Shown here: in pieces, positions 1-9,820 of the stretch | Numbering within the stretch: position 1 is the stretch's first letter | How the letters are laid out: every line of letters begins with the position of its first letter | IMG/VR virus record: IMGVR_UViG_3300031469_000005 | Coordinates: 32,001-96,000 of that record | Reading direction: 5' to 3' (one strand) | Source: a virus | DNA: 64,000 bases | Program-made: the position numbers and the translations under genes | Notes under the pieces: model-generated | The model's input: only the letters and a program-made list of their open reading frames with translations | Database searches by the model: none | Told to the model about the DNA's origin: nothing

Positions 1-513
1 GGTAAGACGTCTAATCTTCTCTCGTACATTGATAAGTGCAAGTACCAGAAACGTAGTGTGATCGCGTTCAAGCCATCGCTTGACAATCGTTACAGTCAAT
101 CATCGATCGTTTCTCATAACGGTTGGCAAACTGATGCAATCGTGATTTCAAGCATTGATGAGTTGTACGAGCACATCGTAAGGCTGGATGAAAAACCGAA
201 CGTTGTTGCGTTCGACGAGGTTTTCATGCTTGAAGGTACAGCCGATGCATTGATATGGATGTTCAAAGAGGGAATAACCATCGTCGCTTCGAGTCTCGAC
301 ATTGGTTACAATGGGAAGACGTTCAAGGAGGTCGAAAGGATACTACCTTGGGCGACAAAGATAGAAAAATGTCCCGCGGTTTGCACGGTTTGCGGTAATG
401 ACGCTTTCTATACCCACAAAAAGGTTTTCAACGAAAACGAGATAGAAATTGGTGGAGTTGATCTTTATGAATCGAGATGTTTTGAACACCATCCATTTGT
501 GAGAAATGCTTAA
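1..513 (+). CDS. tdk: Thymidine kinase (5' end outside window)
   Basis: Frame open from base 1 with Walker A tail GKT; AFKP..D.RY, FDEVF (Walker B), and C-terminal Zn motif CTVCG...GG...YESRC. Confidence 0.93.
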   Translation, partial: GKTSNLLSYIDKCKYQKRSVIAFKPSLDNRYSQSSIVSHNGWQTDAIVISSIDELYEHIVRLDEKPNVVAFDEVFMLEGTADALIWMFKEGITIVASSLDIGYNGKTFKEVERILPWATKIEKCPAVCTVCGNDAFYTHKKVFNENEIEIGGVDLYESRCFEHHPFVRNA

Positions 514-742
514 GATTTTTGACAGCGCGAAATTCTTTACACGGTTGAACGGTCATAACATGACACCCCGTGAAAGGACGAGGAATCTTAAGGGAAAATT
601 GTTATTGGTATTGGGAAGAACAAAGCATCGTCAAACATTGCACTGGCCGATCGTTTATGTTCTTTGTGAGGGAAACATGTACACAAAAACGTATTCAACG
701 ATTGAAATGTTGAATAATGACTGGAAATTCGATGATCGGTAG
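506..742 (+). CDS. Hypothetical protein
   Basis: ORF overlapping tdk stop in an operon-like array. Confidence 0.5.
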   Translation: MLKIFDSAKFFTRLNGHNMTPRERTRNLKGKLLLVLGRTKHRQTLHWPIVYVLCEGNMYTKTYSTIEMLNNDWKFDDR

Positions 743-1058
743 ATTGATCGGGATTGGTACCGAGGGTGAATGTTGTGAAAAGTGGAAGGCACTCAGCCAC
801 ATGTTCAACGAGGGATCCGATTGTTCGACAAGAATGAGGTCGATTCAAATTAACAATCAATTCTTGATGGTCCTTTCAATGACGAAACAAAATGCTCATG
901 TAGATCTGTGGAAAATCATTTACATGAAACAGAATGGTAAAACACTGTTTCAGTTCTATGAGCCCCGCTGGATGAAACAATTTAAAGATTTCGTAGATCA
1001 ACACACGATTGCTCGAGCATTGAACGAACCATCGTTAGTGTTGTACGTTAACACATGA
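717..1058 (+). CDS. Hypothetical protein
   Basis: ORF in a tightly packed array. Confidence 0.5.
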   Translation: MTGNSMIGRLIGIGTEGECCEKWKALSHMFNEGSDCSTRMRSIQINNQFLMVLSMTKQNAHVDLWKIIYMKQNGKTLFQFYEPRWMKQFKDFVDQHTIARALNEPSLVLYVNT

Positions 1059-1147
1059 AGAATTTTTTGACGGGTGCTGTCACTTTTTTGATTTGTACGC
1101 TGGCAGCGTTTTCTCTCTATTATTGTTCGGTCGTCGGAATCAAATGA
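1055..1147 (+). CDS. Small membrane peptide (30 aa, MKNFLTGAVTFLIC...)
   Basis: Read from sequence; ATGA overlap with upstream stop; one hydrophobic segment. Confidence 0.5.
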   Translation: MKNFLTGAVTFLICTLAAFSLYYCSVVGIK

Positions 1148-1148
1148 A

Positions 1149-1757
1149 ATGATTGATGCACGAATACCCTGGCCACGTCTTTGGATGAACATCGCTCACC
1201 AGATCGCGAATGCAAGATCGCTCGACCCACGACTAAAGGTGGGGTGTATTATCGTTCCCGAAGATAACACACGAATTCTGGCTATGGGTTACAATGGTAA
1301 GGCAAAAGGAGAAAGTAATGAACCAGACAGTTTAGAACCTGGACAATCGGGAATGGTTCACGCTGAGCAGAATTCATTGATAAAACTTGATTTTAATGAT
1401 CATAAAAGAAAAATCATGTATGTTACAACGGAACCTTGTTTAATATGTTCACGCATGATTATTAATGCTGGTATTACCACAGTAGTTTATGATAAATCAT
1501 ATCGTGATCATTCTGGTTTATTTTTGTTAAAAAAATCTGGAATTAATGTGTTTCAGATTAATGAAATGAATTCGATTCAACCAAAATTTAATGCGTTTTC
1601 TTCTGATATCGGAAATAAATGTTGTGAATATGTAGATCATGATCGCAAAGAGAAAAAATTGCAAACGAATTTCTTTAGAAGAAATCGAATACACAAATTT
1701 TTTACAACCACAATCAAGCAAATTATTACGACAATTTCATTTCAATCAAAAACTTGA
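1149..1757 (+). CDS. dCMP deaminase
   Basis: KVGCII, GYNG, HAEQN and PCxxC Zn-deaminase motifs; 3' half is AT-rich. Confidence 0.9.
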   Translation: MIDARIPWPRLWMNIAHQIANARSLDPRLKVGCIIVPEDNTRILAMGYNGKAKGESNEPDSLEPGQSGMVHAEQNSLIKLDFNDHKRKIMYVTTEPCLICSRMIINAGITTVVYDKSYRDHSGLFLLKKSGINVFQINEMNSIQPKFNAFSSDIGNKCCEYVDHDRKEKKLQTNFFRRNRIHKFFTTTIKQIITTISFQSKT

Positions 1758-2733
1758 TCATATACCTTCGTGCATTATTACAGGTTTACCTGCACATTTT
1801 TGTTCTCATAAAAATAAATACGAAGTTGTTTGTAGTGAACTTTTTACTGAATTTGTTAAACATGACCCCCATATAAACGTTGATCCGTTAAAATGGTTAA
1901 ATTTGTTCATATCGGGTGCGACCGTCTATGAACTTCGTATTTTAAAAAAACAACGTTTTTTTCATCGATTTCGTAATTTTTTTCAGAATTGTCATACGAA
2001 ATCTGAATTCATTGCTAGATTAGTTGAAAAAGAGTATTTATTACATGCGGCGGAAGCTCTTGTGGGGGATTTCGATTCAAAAATTTGGACAACGATTTTA
2101 TCGTTTGTAGAACGATTTAATACGTCAACAAGACACGTTAAAAATAATTCGATTCAATGGTTTGTTTTACGAGGTTATTCCGAAATTGAAGCTAAGCAAA
2201 AATTAGCTGTTTTCTGTAATGTTTGGTCAAGAATTGTAAAACCAAAAATTGAAAATGATAAACAAGAAATGGAACGCTGGATTGAAAGTAGAATGCATGG
2301 AATGCGTGCACAAAATCATTCTTCAAAAATTGAAAATCTTTTAGTGGAAGAACTTTCAAAGAAATTTTTAGTCAAAAAACAACTAATGATTAAATTTACA
2401 GAAAAACCTTCAAAATTTGATGAAATCAAAAATAAAGGTCGATTTGTTGTCGATATGCTGGTAAATGATACTCATTTAATTGAGTACTATGGCAGTTATT
2501 GGCATTTTGATATTTTTAGACGAAAATCGAATGCTACGCTTGAAGAATATTCTGCTCAAATTAAAAGGTTAAAATTTTTACATGAAATTTCACAATACAA
2601 CATTATCGTATTGTGGGAACATGATTTTCAAAATATTGAAACTACGTTAAAAACTATCGAAAATTTCATTTCGAATGGGAAAGAATTTAATTCCATTCAA
2701 CAAATTGATCATAAAATTTATAACGAACTCTAG
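1639..2733 (+). mobile_element. Free-standing homing endonuclease, Vsr/DUF559-like PD-(D/E)xK C-terminal domain
   Basis: Strongly AT-rich relative to flanks; SKIE...VDMLV...IEYYGSYWH...YNIIVLWEHD motif. Confidence 0.75.
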
Positions 2734-2741
2734 TTACTATT

Positions 2742-3020
2742 ATGAAAGTTCTCACCGAATCAGACGTTCTTCGTATCATGCGAGAAGAATGGGAAGCGAA
2801 GGTAGCATCCTTGACTGAAGACCTGAAACTTGCTGCTCGTGTCAAAGGAGAATCTCAGCCCGTTCTCGCTCCCGAAACAAAAATAGTTCATATCAAAAGT
2901 GGAATTCGATATACGGTAAATGCGGTGAATTTTGGTGAACGATATGTTGAACTAAGAACTCCCGAGGGTGAATTATTTACCATCCGGGGCGATGATTTAG
3001 AAGAATATAATGTGGCGTGA
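2742..3020 (+). CDS. Hypothetical protein with N-terminal LTE...IMREE leader
   Basis: ORF; CTAGTTA 5 nt upstream of ATG. Confidence 0.7.
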   Translation: MKVLTESDVLRIMREEWEAKVASLTEDLKLAARVKGESQPVLAPETKIVHIKSGIRYTVNAVNFGERYVELRTPEGELFTIRGDDLEEYNVA

Positions 3021-3052
3021 ATCAATGACACGCGAAACATACTTAGGACATA

Positions 3053-3760
3053 ATGGAAAAGTTTAAGGATCTTCTAAATGACATCGATCTTAAAAAGATC
3101 GTTCGTGAATCGATCAATGGAACAAAGCAACCTCTGAAGGAAGCATACGTTTCCAAGCAAAAGACGTTCAATCAGGTCTCTGAGTTCGTCTCGCAAAAGA
3201 CGAAGGATGCTCACACGAAGCTCTACGCTGGTTACGTTGATTCCAGCAACAAGACATCTGCTGAACTCGACACTGTGAATCGTTCACCTGATGAGGTCAA
3301 TTCATCACACAGCAAGTACCGCTCGCTGAAGCTCGATGAGACGTACAACCTGAACGCGAAGTGGTTGCATGAGCTTTACTTCGCCAACTGCTACGACCCG
3401 CATTCAGAAATTTTCATGGATACACTTTCGTACATGAAGATCCAGCGTGACTTTGGCGACTTCGATTCCTGGCAAAAGGACATGATCGCTTGCGGTCTTG
3501 CGGCCGGTAACGGTTGGGCGGTTCTCGCTTACAACATGCACTTGCAGCGTTACGTTAACACGATCGTTAGCAATCACTCAGGCGACGTCATGATGGGATT
3601 GTTCCCCGTTCTCGTCATTGACATGAATGAACATGCTTATTCACGTGATTACCTCGATGACAAAAAAAGTTATCTCGTCGCGATGATGCGTGAGATCAAT
3701 TGGAACGTTGTTGAGGAACGTTTCACCAAGGCAGAAAAGATTGCTCAGGTACTGAAGTGA
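3053..3760 (+). CDS. Fe/Mn superoxide dismutase family protein with N-terminal leader
   Basis: H..LY.GYV, LHELYF, FGDFDSW, GNGWAVL, PVLVIDMNEHAY (canonical DxWEHAY has W->N). Confidence 0.85.
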   Translation: MEKFKDLLNDIDLKKIVRESINGTKQPLKEAYVSKQKTFNQVSEFVSQKTKDAHTKLYAGYVDSSNKTSAELDTVNRSPDEVNSSHSKYRSLKLDETYNLNAKWLHELYFANCYDPHSEIFMDTLSYMKIQRDFGDFDSWQKDMIACGLAAGNGWAVLAYNMHLQRYVNTIVSNHSGDVMMGLFPVLVIDMNEHAYSRDYLDDKKSYLVAMMREINWNVVEERFTKAEKIAQVLK

Positions 3761-4341
3761 AGATCAAGCTTTCAGAGTTACGACGTGTCATCGCGAACGA
3801 CTTTCGTTCGGGGGGTAATGTTTCCCCTTCCTCGGTGATGCGAAAGCTTCGTGAAACAACGTCGAATCCGGATCACGTTGAGAACGGCACGTCGCTTGAT
3901 GCTCAGGTCGATCGTTACTTCACTGAGTACGAGAACGGCGCAAAAGCGGCGAAGACCGAAGGAAACGATTTCTTTCGTACGTTTCGCAAGCTCATGGAGG
4001 CCGAAGGAGACGAGGAAGAAATGGGAGACGATGAGCCAACCGAAGAAGCTCCCGCTGAACCAACTCAGCCTACGAAGATGACGGTCGAAGACATCGATGT
4101 CGGTGCATTCGTGAACGATGTCGCCCGTTTGATCGAGAACTACGATAATCTTTTAGAGGTTCGCAGCACGATAATCAAACGTTCCATCAATTTCATTTCG
4201 AAGAGCTACGATTCAGATGTCGTCAAGGCCTTGAAAGACGCGTTCAAGAATGAACATTCGATGGTCGCAGACAAGACTGAAAGCGAACACGAAACGGATG
4301 ATTTTGTTGCTCCTCGGGCAGCCGAGGCGGGGCCTCTCTAA
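3757..4341 (+). CDS. Acidic hypothetical protein with MKIKLSELRRVI leader
   Basis: GTGA overlap; leader family. Confidence 0.7.
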   Translation: MKIKLSELRRVIANDFRSGGNVSPSSVMRKLRETTSNPDHVENGTSLDAQVDRYFTEYENGAKAAKTEGNDFFRTFRKLMEAEGDEEEMGDDEPTEEAPAEPTQPTKMTVEDIDVGAFVNDVARLIENYDNLLEVRSTIIKRSINFISKSYDSDVVKALKDAFKNEHSMVADKTESEHETDDFVAPRAAEAGPL

Positions 4342-4683
4342 ATGAAAATTCGTTCTGATTTCATGGAGGATCGCAAAAGCATCCATGTTGGATTGCGAAA
4401 GGAAGTGTACCTCGAATTCAGGAAGAAGATGTTCGACATGAACATCACTATTCAGGCAGCGCTCGAAGAGTTCTGCAAGCTCGTTGTCGCTGACTACGCT
4501 CCTGCGACTCGGATGCTGGAAAAGATTTCACTCGCTATAGTGAAAGGCGAGATCGAGAAGTACTACTCGAAATCAAAGAAAAACGATAAGATCGATGCAC
4601 TCGATCATGATGCGTTGTACAATCTCATTAACCAGAAGTTAAAGGAAACCGATGATGAAATCTCTGATGCAGAAATTGACTGA
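4342..4683 (+). CDS. Putative ribbon-helix-helix-like DNA-binding protein
   Basis: RKSIHVGL beta-strand pattern followed by two predicted helices. Confidence 0.4.
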   Translation: MKIRSDFMEDRKSIHVGLRKEVYLEFRKKMFDMNITIQAALEEFCKLVVADYAPATRMLEKISLAIVKGEIEKYYSKSKKNDKIDALDHDALYNLINQKLKETDDEISDAEID

Positions 4684-4933
4684 AGGTTACATTTCTCAAT
4701 CCCCCGCCTTTGTTTCCTTGAAACAACAAGTTGATGAGAACGAGAAAGTCATTGAGAGGCAAAACAGTGTCATTGCAAGCTTGCTTGAATCTCTTGAAGG
4801 GCTGAATTTAATCGTTCAAAAGCACGATGAGATCATTTTTGATCTTTTGGAAGCTTTCGCGCCGAGCAATTCTTTTGACCTGAATGGGTTGGGAATGCCC
4901 GAGACCAAAGTAGATAAGTCGAAGTTGAACTAA
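4652..4933 (+). CDS. Coiled-coil hypothetical protein
   Basis: ORF with heptad pattern. Confidence 0.6.
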   Translation: MMKSLMQKLTEGYISQSPAFVSLKQQVDENEKVIERQNSVIASLLESLEGLNLIVQKHDEIIFDLLEAFAPSNSFDLNGLGMPETKVDKSKLN

Positions 4934-5334
4934 TGAACATTTTTCTAAAAAAAGCAGTTGCATTCTTCAAGAAGCATTGGGCAATAATTCTCGTCGTTGT
5001 TGGGGGAATAGTCGCTTTCATTGCGACGAAAGGTAAGAAAATTCCGAACTTCGCTGATGATTTCATGAAGGTTCGAAAGATTCATGAAGACGAGCTTGCA
5101 AAGATCGAAACCGTTCGTAAGGAAGAAATCGTTCAAAAGCAAGCGGTCAAGGATGCACGTGATGCTTCGTTGAAGACGATTGAGGTTGAGACGTCAGACG
5201 CGAAGAAAGCGTTCGAAGCAAAGAAAATCGAAGAAACGAACGCGCTTTTGGATGCAACAAAGAACGACGCTGAAAAACTCGCGGATGAACTTAGCAAGAC
5301 GACAAAATTCAAAGTAATTCCTCCAAAGGATTGA
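4933..5334 (+). CDS. Membrane-anchored coiled-coil protein (spanin-like, tentative)
   Basis: N-terminal TM helix followed by charged coiled coil. Confidence 0.45.
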   Translation: MNIFLKKAVAFFKKHWAIILVVVGGIVAFIATKGKKIPNFADDFMKVRKIHEDELAKIETVRKEEIVQKQAVKDARDASLKTIEVETSDAKKAFEAKKIEETNALLDATKNDAEKLADELSKTTKFKVIPPKD

Positions 5335-5978
5335 TCGTGGCAAAATCGATAATCGATGAAAAGGTTTTAACCGAAGAAGGCTCAGACATCAAAATCACAG
5401 CGTGTACCGTTGATGATACGACTAGAAAGTCCTTGAATGTCGGAGACGTAAAAATTCCTCCGATTTACAATGAAATTGAAAATTACTTGTCCGGCGGTCT
5501 CAAGTCGAAGACTACGACAACGTATAAAAGTACAACGTTCGATTTTGGTATTTCAAGTGCCGCACATCCTCTTTACTTGTTTGATTTTCGTCAAGAAGGT
5601 AAAACGGTTTGCAGGTCACGATTCGATGTTGCAAAACGAATGTTCATTGATACCATCCCCGACGTAATTCCTAGAAATGAATTAAATGAATACGCGTTCA
5701 AGGCTTGCAACGAGTACATGAACCTTTCAAGCTCACTGAAAACTCTGAAAAATTTGCTTCCTAAGAAAAACTTGACACCAGTTCAAAAGGTTTTGAATTT
5801 TTTTGACAGTACCTTCGGAAGATGCTTATTGTTCGCTTGGTTCGTGTTATGCGGCATATACACAGGATGCGTTCTTGGAGCGATGCCCGAATGCGTTCCA
5901 GGTCGCAGACCGATTCCACAATTAGTTTGTGATAAGGGTGGCCATTGGGTCGTTACGGAAAAAAGTTGGAACGAATGA
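5331..5978 (+). CDS. Hypothetical protein with C-terminal TM segment
   Basis: ORF overlapping both neighbours. Confidence 0.55.
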   Translation: MIVAKSIIDEKVLTEEGSDIKITACTVDDTTRKSLNVGDVKIPPIYNEIENYLSGGLKSKTTTTYKSTTFDFGISSAAHPLYLFDFRQEGKTVCRSRFDVAKRMFIDTIPDVIPRNELNEYAFKACNEYMNLSSSLKTLKNLLPKKNLTPVQKVLNFFDSTFGRCLLFAWFVLCGIYTGCVLGAMPECVPGRRPIPQLVCDKGGHWVVTEKSWNE

Positions 5979-6475
5979 TGAAACGATTCTTAAGTTGCGT
6001 TATGTTGGGATCCCTGCTGGCGACGAACATCGTTCATGCTCAGGACGTTGTTCTTCCGCCCGTACCAGTGATGGAATTGAATGAACCGAACGTTGGTGAA
6101 GCTATCTCGCCTCTAAAACTCGGACAAAAGGCTCCGTTCACCGGCATCCTGTTCTCACCCGCCGCGGCGGCGAAAATCAACACCGAACTCAAGAACGTCC
6201 CCGAACAGATCAACATTGAGATCGACCGTGTCAACAAGATCTGTAACGCGGAATGTCAATTCAAGTTGAACAATGTCACGATTGAACGACGTACGGATCA
6301 ACAAATTGCTTCGGCTCGTCTTTCATCCGCAGTGTCTGAAAATGAGTTGCTCGTCAACCGCATCAAGAAGCTCGAGAATTCGCAATCAAATGTTTTGTGG
6401 TGGACAATTGGTGGGTTCGCTGGTGGGGCTCTCGTGACCGTTCTCGTGGTCGTGAGCACGTCTTTAGGCTACTAA
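5975..6475 (+). CDS. Exported/membrane protein (signal peptide, G.KAPF.G motif, C-terminal TM)
   Basis: MMKRFLSC...VHA signal peptide; coiled coil; C-terminal TM. Confidence 0.6.
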   Translation: MMKRFLSCVMLGSLLATNIVHAQDVVLPPVPVMELNEPNVGEAISPLKLGQKAPFTGILFSPAAAAKINTELKNVPEQINIEIDRVNKICNAECQFKLNNVTIERRTDQQIASARLSSAVSENELLVNRIKKLENSQSNVLWWTIGGFAGGALVTVLVVVSTSLGY

Positions 6476-6505
6476 ATAAGTCTCGAGCTGAAGATACTTA
6501 AGTTC

Positions 6506-6838
6506 ATGAGCGATCCTGAAAAACAAGTAGTTGAAGTTCAGCAACCCCCAAACGTAACGATCACGAAGACTGAAACTGACGACGGTACCACGAAGACCGA
6601 GGTCGAGATCACGCCACAACTTAAGGACAAATGGTGGTTGGTTGGGGACAATAAAGGTAATGGATCGGTGAGCACCACCCTCCTCGTCGTTGCTTTCGTT
6701 GTCACGACAATTTCGTACGTCCTGAACATGTTCAATATTCCTTGGCTTCGACCGTTCGATGTTGCTGCGGTCGGTGTGTATACCGTTCCGATCATCAGTC
6801 TTTATTTTGGAAGAACTTGGACAAAATCTAAAGAATAG
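6506..6838 (+). CDS. Two-TM membrane protein (holin-like, tentative)
   Basis: Two hydrophobic helices, basic C-terminus LYFGRTWTK; ATACTTA upstream. Confidence 0.5.
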   Translation: MSDPEKQVVEVQQPPNVTITKTETDDGTTKTEVEITPQLKDKWWLVGDNKGNGSVSTTLLVVAFVVTTISYVLNMFNIPWLRPFDVAAVGVYTVPIISLYFGRTWTKSKE

Positions 6839-6965
6839 TAGATTTTCGTTTTTCAGTTGCAAGTTTTTTTCATCAAGCGTGAGATCAATGTACACATAAT
6901 ACATGTTCAAACGTAAAAAATTAACCTTCAAGGTAAACCGAGTGCAAAGTAGATAGTTACTCTTT

Positions 6966-7283
6966 GTGAACAAGTCGATCAAAGAGAGCGAGCTTCGTGT
7001 CATGATCAAAGAACTTTTCGGTGGAAGTGAAAATCCATCGCAAACTCTCTTGAACATGCCTCCTCCGAACGTTCCTAACTACGGAAATCCTGAAGATGAT
7101 GTTGTTAACGTTAATGCGATTGTCGATCATGACACTGCGGATGATTGTGACATTGTACGGGCCGAGCGTCGAAAGGACGAAGAAGAGTACGACGACGCGT
7201 TGTTCATAGACGTTGGAACACATACTTTTCAGGAACGCGTTGAATTGACGATTCGTGAAGAGATTCGAAGGTTGATCAAGTAA
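6966..7283 (+). CDS. Hypothetical protein with IKESELRVMIKE leader
   Basis: ATAGTTA 6 nt upstream of GTG; C-terminal IREEIRRLIK repeats the leader motif. Confidence 0.65.
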   Translation: MNKSIKESELRVMIKELFGGSENPSQTLLNMPPPNVPNYGNPEDDVVNVNAIVDHDTADDCDIVRAERRKDEEEYDDALFIDVGTHTFQERVELTIREEIRRLIK

Positions 7284-8033
7284 ATGCAAACTATCGTCTC
7301 AGCAATTCAATTCGCTCCCAAGCTTTTGGACGTTCGTTCCAACATCGTTCAAGCTCAAATGCTCGTGCATGAAGCTGCGATCAAGGGAGCCCGAGTCATC
7401 GTTCTACCCGAGTTGTGCCTGAGCGGGTTCGTCATTCGTGAAGCTCGAGAAGCGTTCGATTGTTGTCAACAAAAGGACGGTTACCAGACCGAAGCATTCG
7501 CTCCGTTCGCTCAGATGTACAATTGCCACATCGTTCTTGGTTACATCGAACTTTACGAGGGGAAACTTTACAATAGCGCGGTGACGATTGGACCCAGCGG
7601 TATCACTGCGAACGCTCAAAAACGAAACCTCCACGGCAACGATGCGTTGTGGGCGACCCCCAGTGAACGTATGTCGGAGATCACCGTTACCGATCACGGT
7701 CGTCTTGGAGCACTGATTTGCAAGGACATTGCGAACAACTTTCGTGAATCATACAAGTTCTTCAGACCAGAACATAAATTCTACCATAAAGGCTCGGTTG
7801 ACACGATCTGTCTTCCTACGAATTGGGGAAACGGATTTTCGTATCCCGATTCGAGTTGGGTTGATTTGTCGGAAAGCATGAACTGCAACGTTATCGTTGC
7901 AAATCGTGTAGGTCGTGAGCGTGACATGAAATTCAAGGGTGGTTCTGCAGTCATTGATCGCAATCAGAAGATCTATACGAATGGAAGTAATTTTGTCACT
8001 TCGGCCGTTGTAGGTGGTATGATTTGTCTATGA
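7284..8033 (+). CDS. Carbon-nitrogen hydrolase (nitrilase superfamily)
   Basis: VLPEL (Glu), YNSA...QKRNL (Lys), LICKD (Cys) triad; ANRVG.E...F.GGS. Confidence 0.9.
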   Translation: MQTIVSAIQFAPKLLDVRSNIVQAQMLVHEAAIKGARVIVLPELCLSGFVIREAREAFDCCQQKDGYQTEAFAPFAQMYNCHIVLGYIELYEGKLYNSAVTIGPSGITANAQKRNLHGNDALWATPSERMSEITVTDHGRLGALICKDIANNFRESYKFFRPEHKFYHKGSVDTICLPTNWGNGFSYPDSSWVDLSESMNCNVIVANRVGRERDMKFKGGSAVIDRNQKIYTNGSNFVTSAVVGGMICL

Positions 8034-8401
8034 AACTTTCAGACCTTCATGAGGGATACATACGTCAAGCGGAGCGGCCTCTATTCGGGGGTCATCGCAT
8101 GCCCATCACTGCGATCACAAGCGATTCAAAACCGATCATTGCGATCGAAAAATGGCGCATTCGTGATGAAGGTCTTGAAAAGAAGTACGCATTCATGAAC
8201 GATGTTCTCAGGAACAAGTTTCTGAACTTTGTTTTCGAATTCGAAGCGGAGGCGGGACACCACGCTCAAATGACGATAGATCATCTTCAAGTGTTCCTGA
8301 GACTACAAACGAAGGACGTCGGAAAGATCACCGAGCTTGATAAAGAATTTGCACGCTTTTGCGATGCAACCTTCAAAGACGTAATGTACAATGAGTTGTA
8401 A
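8024..8401 (+). CDS. Pterin-4a-carbinolamine dehydratase-like protein
   Basis: W...LEKKYAF...EAEAGHHA...LQTKDVGKITELD pattern. Confidence 0.75.
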   Translation: MSMKLSDLHEGYIRQAERPLFGGHRMPITAITSDSKPIIAIEKWRIRDEGLEKKYAFMNDVLRNKFLNFVFEFEAEAGHHAQMTIDHLQVFLRLQTKDVGKITELDKEFARFCDATFKDVMYNEL

Positions 8402-8559
8402 TGCCAACAAAGTCGCCCGGAAGCAAACGAGCTCGTAAGTCAAGGATCAATCGTTGGAAACCGTGTGGCAGCGATTGCATCATTTGCCAACCTAAATTGA
8501 TGTTACCAAAGTTTCGTCTCAAGCGTGATGCCTTGAAAGGTACCGACCGCAATGAATGA
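8401..8559 (+). CDS. Small basic Cys-containing protein (52 aa)
   Basis: Read from sequence: MPTKSPGSKRARK...CGSDCIIC; fills the gap with overlaps at both ends. Confidence 0.5.
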   Translation: MPTKSPGSKRARKSRINRWKPCGSDCIICQPKLMLPKFRLKRDALKGTDRNE

Positions 8560-9052
8560 AAAACTCAACATCCTTGGAATGGATTACAACGACATGAAGG
8601 TTGCGAATCCCATTCCTTACAAGGATTTGCCAGGCAACGTGATGATGTCTGATTCGTTGAAGGGGCTTCTCCCCGATAACCTCATGAACGATGATCTAGT
8701 AAAACTTCAAGAAAATACATGGCACGCGGTTGTCGAAGTTGTTTTCAGAAATGACGAACGTTTGAATATCGTAGGGATGTTGACGGACTTGAGTGAGAAT
8801 GATTTCAAACGTTCGATTTCTTTAAAAACGGATGCGATGGATGCAATGATGCTTCAGGTTCGTTTCATGAATCAAGGAAACATCATTGCATTCGACAAGA
8901 TCGTTTCATTGCAATTAAGCAATGGAAATGTCGATGAACCCGTATCGTTCGACGTGAAGACCTGGTCACTAAAAGGTTGCAGGGTTCACGACATCGACTA
9001 CAAATCGAACCTTGCATGTCTTTCGTTGTCGTTTACACGAGATGGAGAATAG
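8552..9052 (+). CDS. Hypothetical protein
   Basis: 166-aa ORF in array. Confidence 0.6.
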   Translation: MNEKLNILGMDYNDMKVANPIPYKDLPGNVMMSDSLKGLLPDNLMNDDLVKLQENTWHAVVEVVFRNDERLNIVGMLTDLSENDFKRSISLKTDAMDAMMLQVRFMNQGNIIAFDKIVSLQLSNGNVDEPVSFDVKTWSLKGCRVHDIDYKSNLACLSLSFTRDGE

Positions 9053-9059
9053 TTAGAAC

Positions 9060-9206
9060 ATGAACTTTGACAAATTCATGGACGAGATTCTCGTAAAAGA
9101 AGTCCAAAAGAAGAAAAATCCTCAAAAGACTGAGACGGGACAAAGAACTCGTGTCAAGCTTTATCAAGAGAAACCTTCGAATCGAACCAAGTGGGTGAAG
9201 AAATGA
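9060..9206 (+). CDS. Small hypothetical protein (48 aa, MNFDKFMDEILVKE)
   Basis: Read from sequence; ATAGTTA upstream; ATGA overlap with next gene. Confidence 0.6.
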   Translation: MNFDKFMDEILVKEVQKKKNPQKTETGQRTRVKLYQEKPSNRTKWVKK

Positions 9207-9820
9207 AGACCATTGGATCAATGATCGATCAAATCATTCTCGAAGCATCGAACAAGAACGATGTTGCTTTGAACGAGAAAGAAAAACAAGTTCACCTCTC
9301 CGCAAAAAATTCAGATTCAGGCGGGGGAGACTCATCGTCAGCACAGTCAAGCGCTTCAACGAAACCACGTGATGATGACAAGGAGCAGGTCAACCAAGAA
9401 AAAGAAAAGGACGATGTCGCAGCGATGCAAACCGCACCCGATGTTGATCAGATCATCGAGAAGCTCAATTCAATTCGTTCCGGTAAATCACTACACGATA
9501 GCGCTGTGAAGGAACGATTCGAAGGTTACATCAACGATCTCAAAGATCCTGAGAAAGTTGCTTTGTTCGCGTTCTTAAAGGGAATTGCGCAAATCATAAC
9601 GGGCGACCTAGAACCGACTCAAGCTGTTGAGCCCGAGGATGATCCGGCAAAGGTTCACATGCACAAAAAGGATCGTGATCAACATAACGGAAAGAAATTG
9701 CAAAAGGTTCACCCAAAGACGAATGTCATCAAGAAGCAAACTCCATCGAATGGTAAGGGTTCATCGTCGGGGGCGGAAGATTCTACACCTCCGGCACCCG
9801 TAATTCCAAAAAATCGTTAA
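9203..9820 (+). CDS. Hypothetical protein with IILE leader
   Basis: Start at ATG 9203; central IIEKLNSIRSGKSL domain. Confidence 0.65.
   Translation: MKTIGSMIDQIILEASNKNDVALNEKEKQVHLSAKNSDSGGGDSSSAQSSASTKPRDDDKEQVNQEKEKDDVAAMQTAPDVDQIIEKLNSIRSGKSLHDSAVKERFEGYINDLKDPEKVALFAFLKGIAQIITGDLEPTQAVEPEDDPAKVHMHKKDRDQHNGKKLQKVHPKTNVIKKQTPSNGKGSSSGAEDSTPPAPVIPKNR

Noticed and set aside
1639-2733. Group I intron or intein around the endonucleases
   Set aside because: Flanking genes are complete without splicing, and no intron core or intein terminal motifs were recognised
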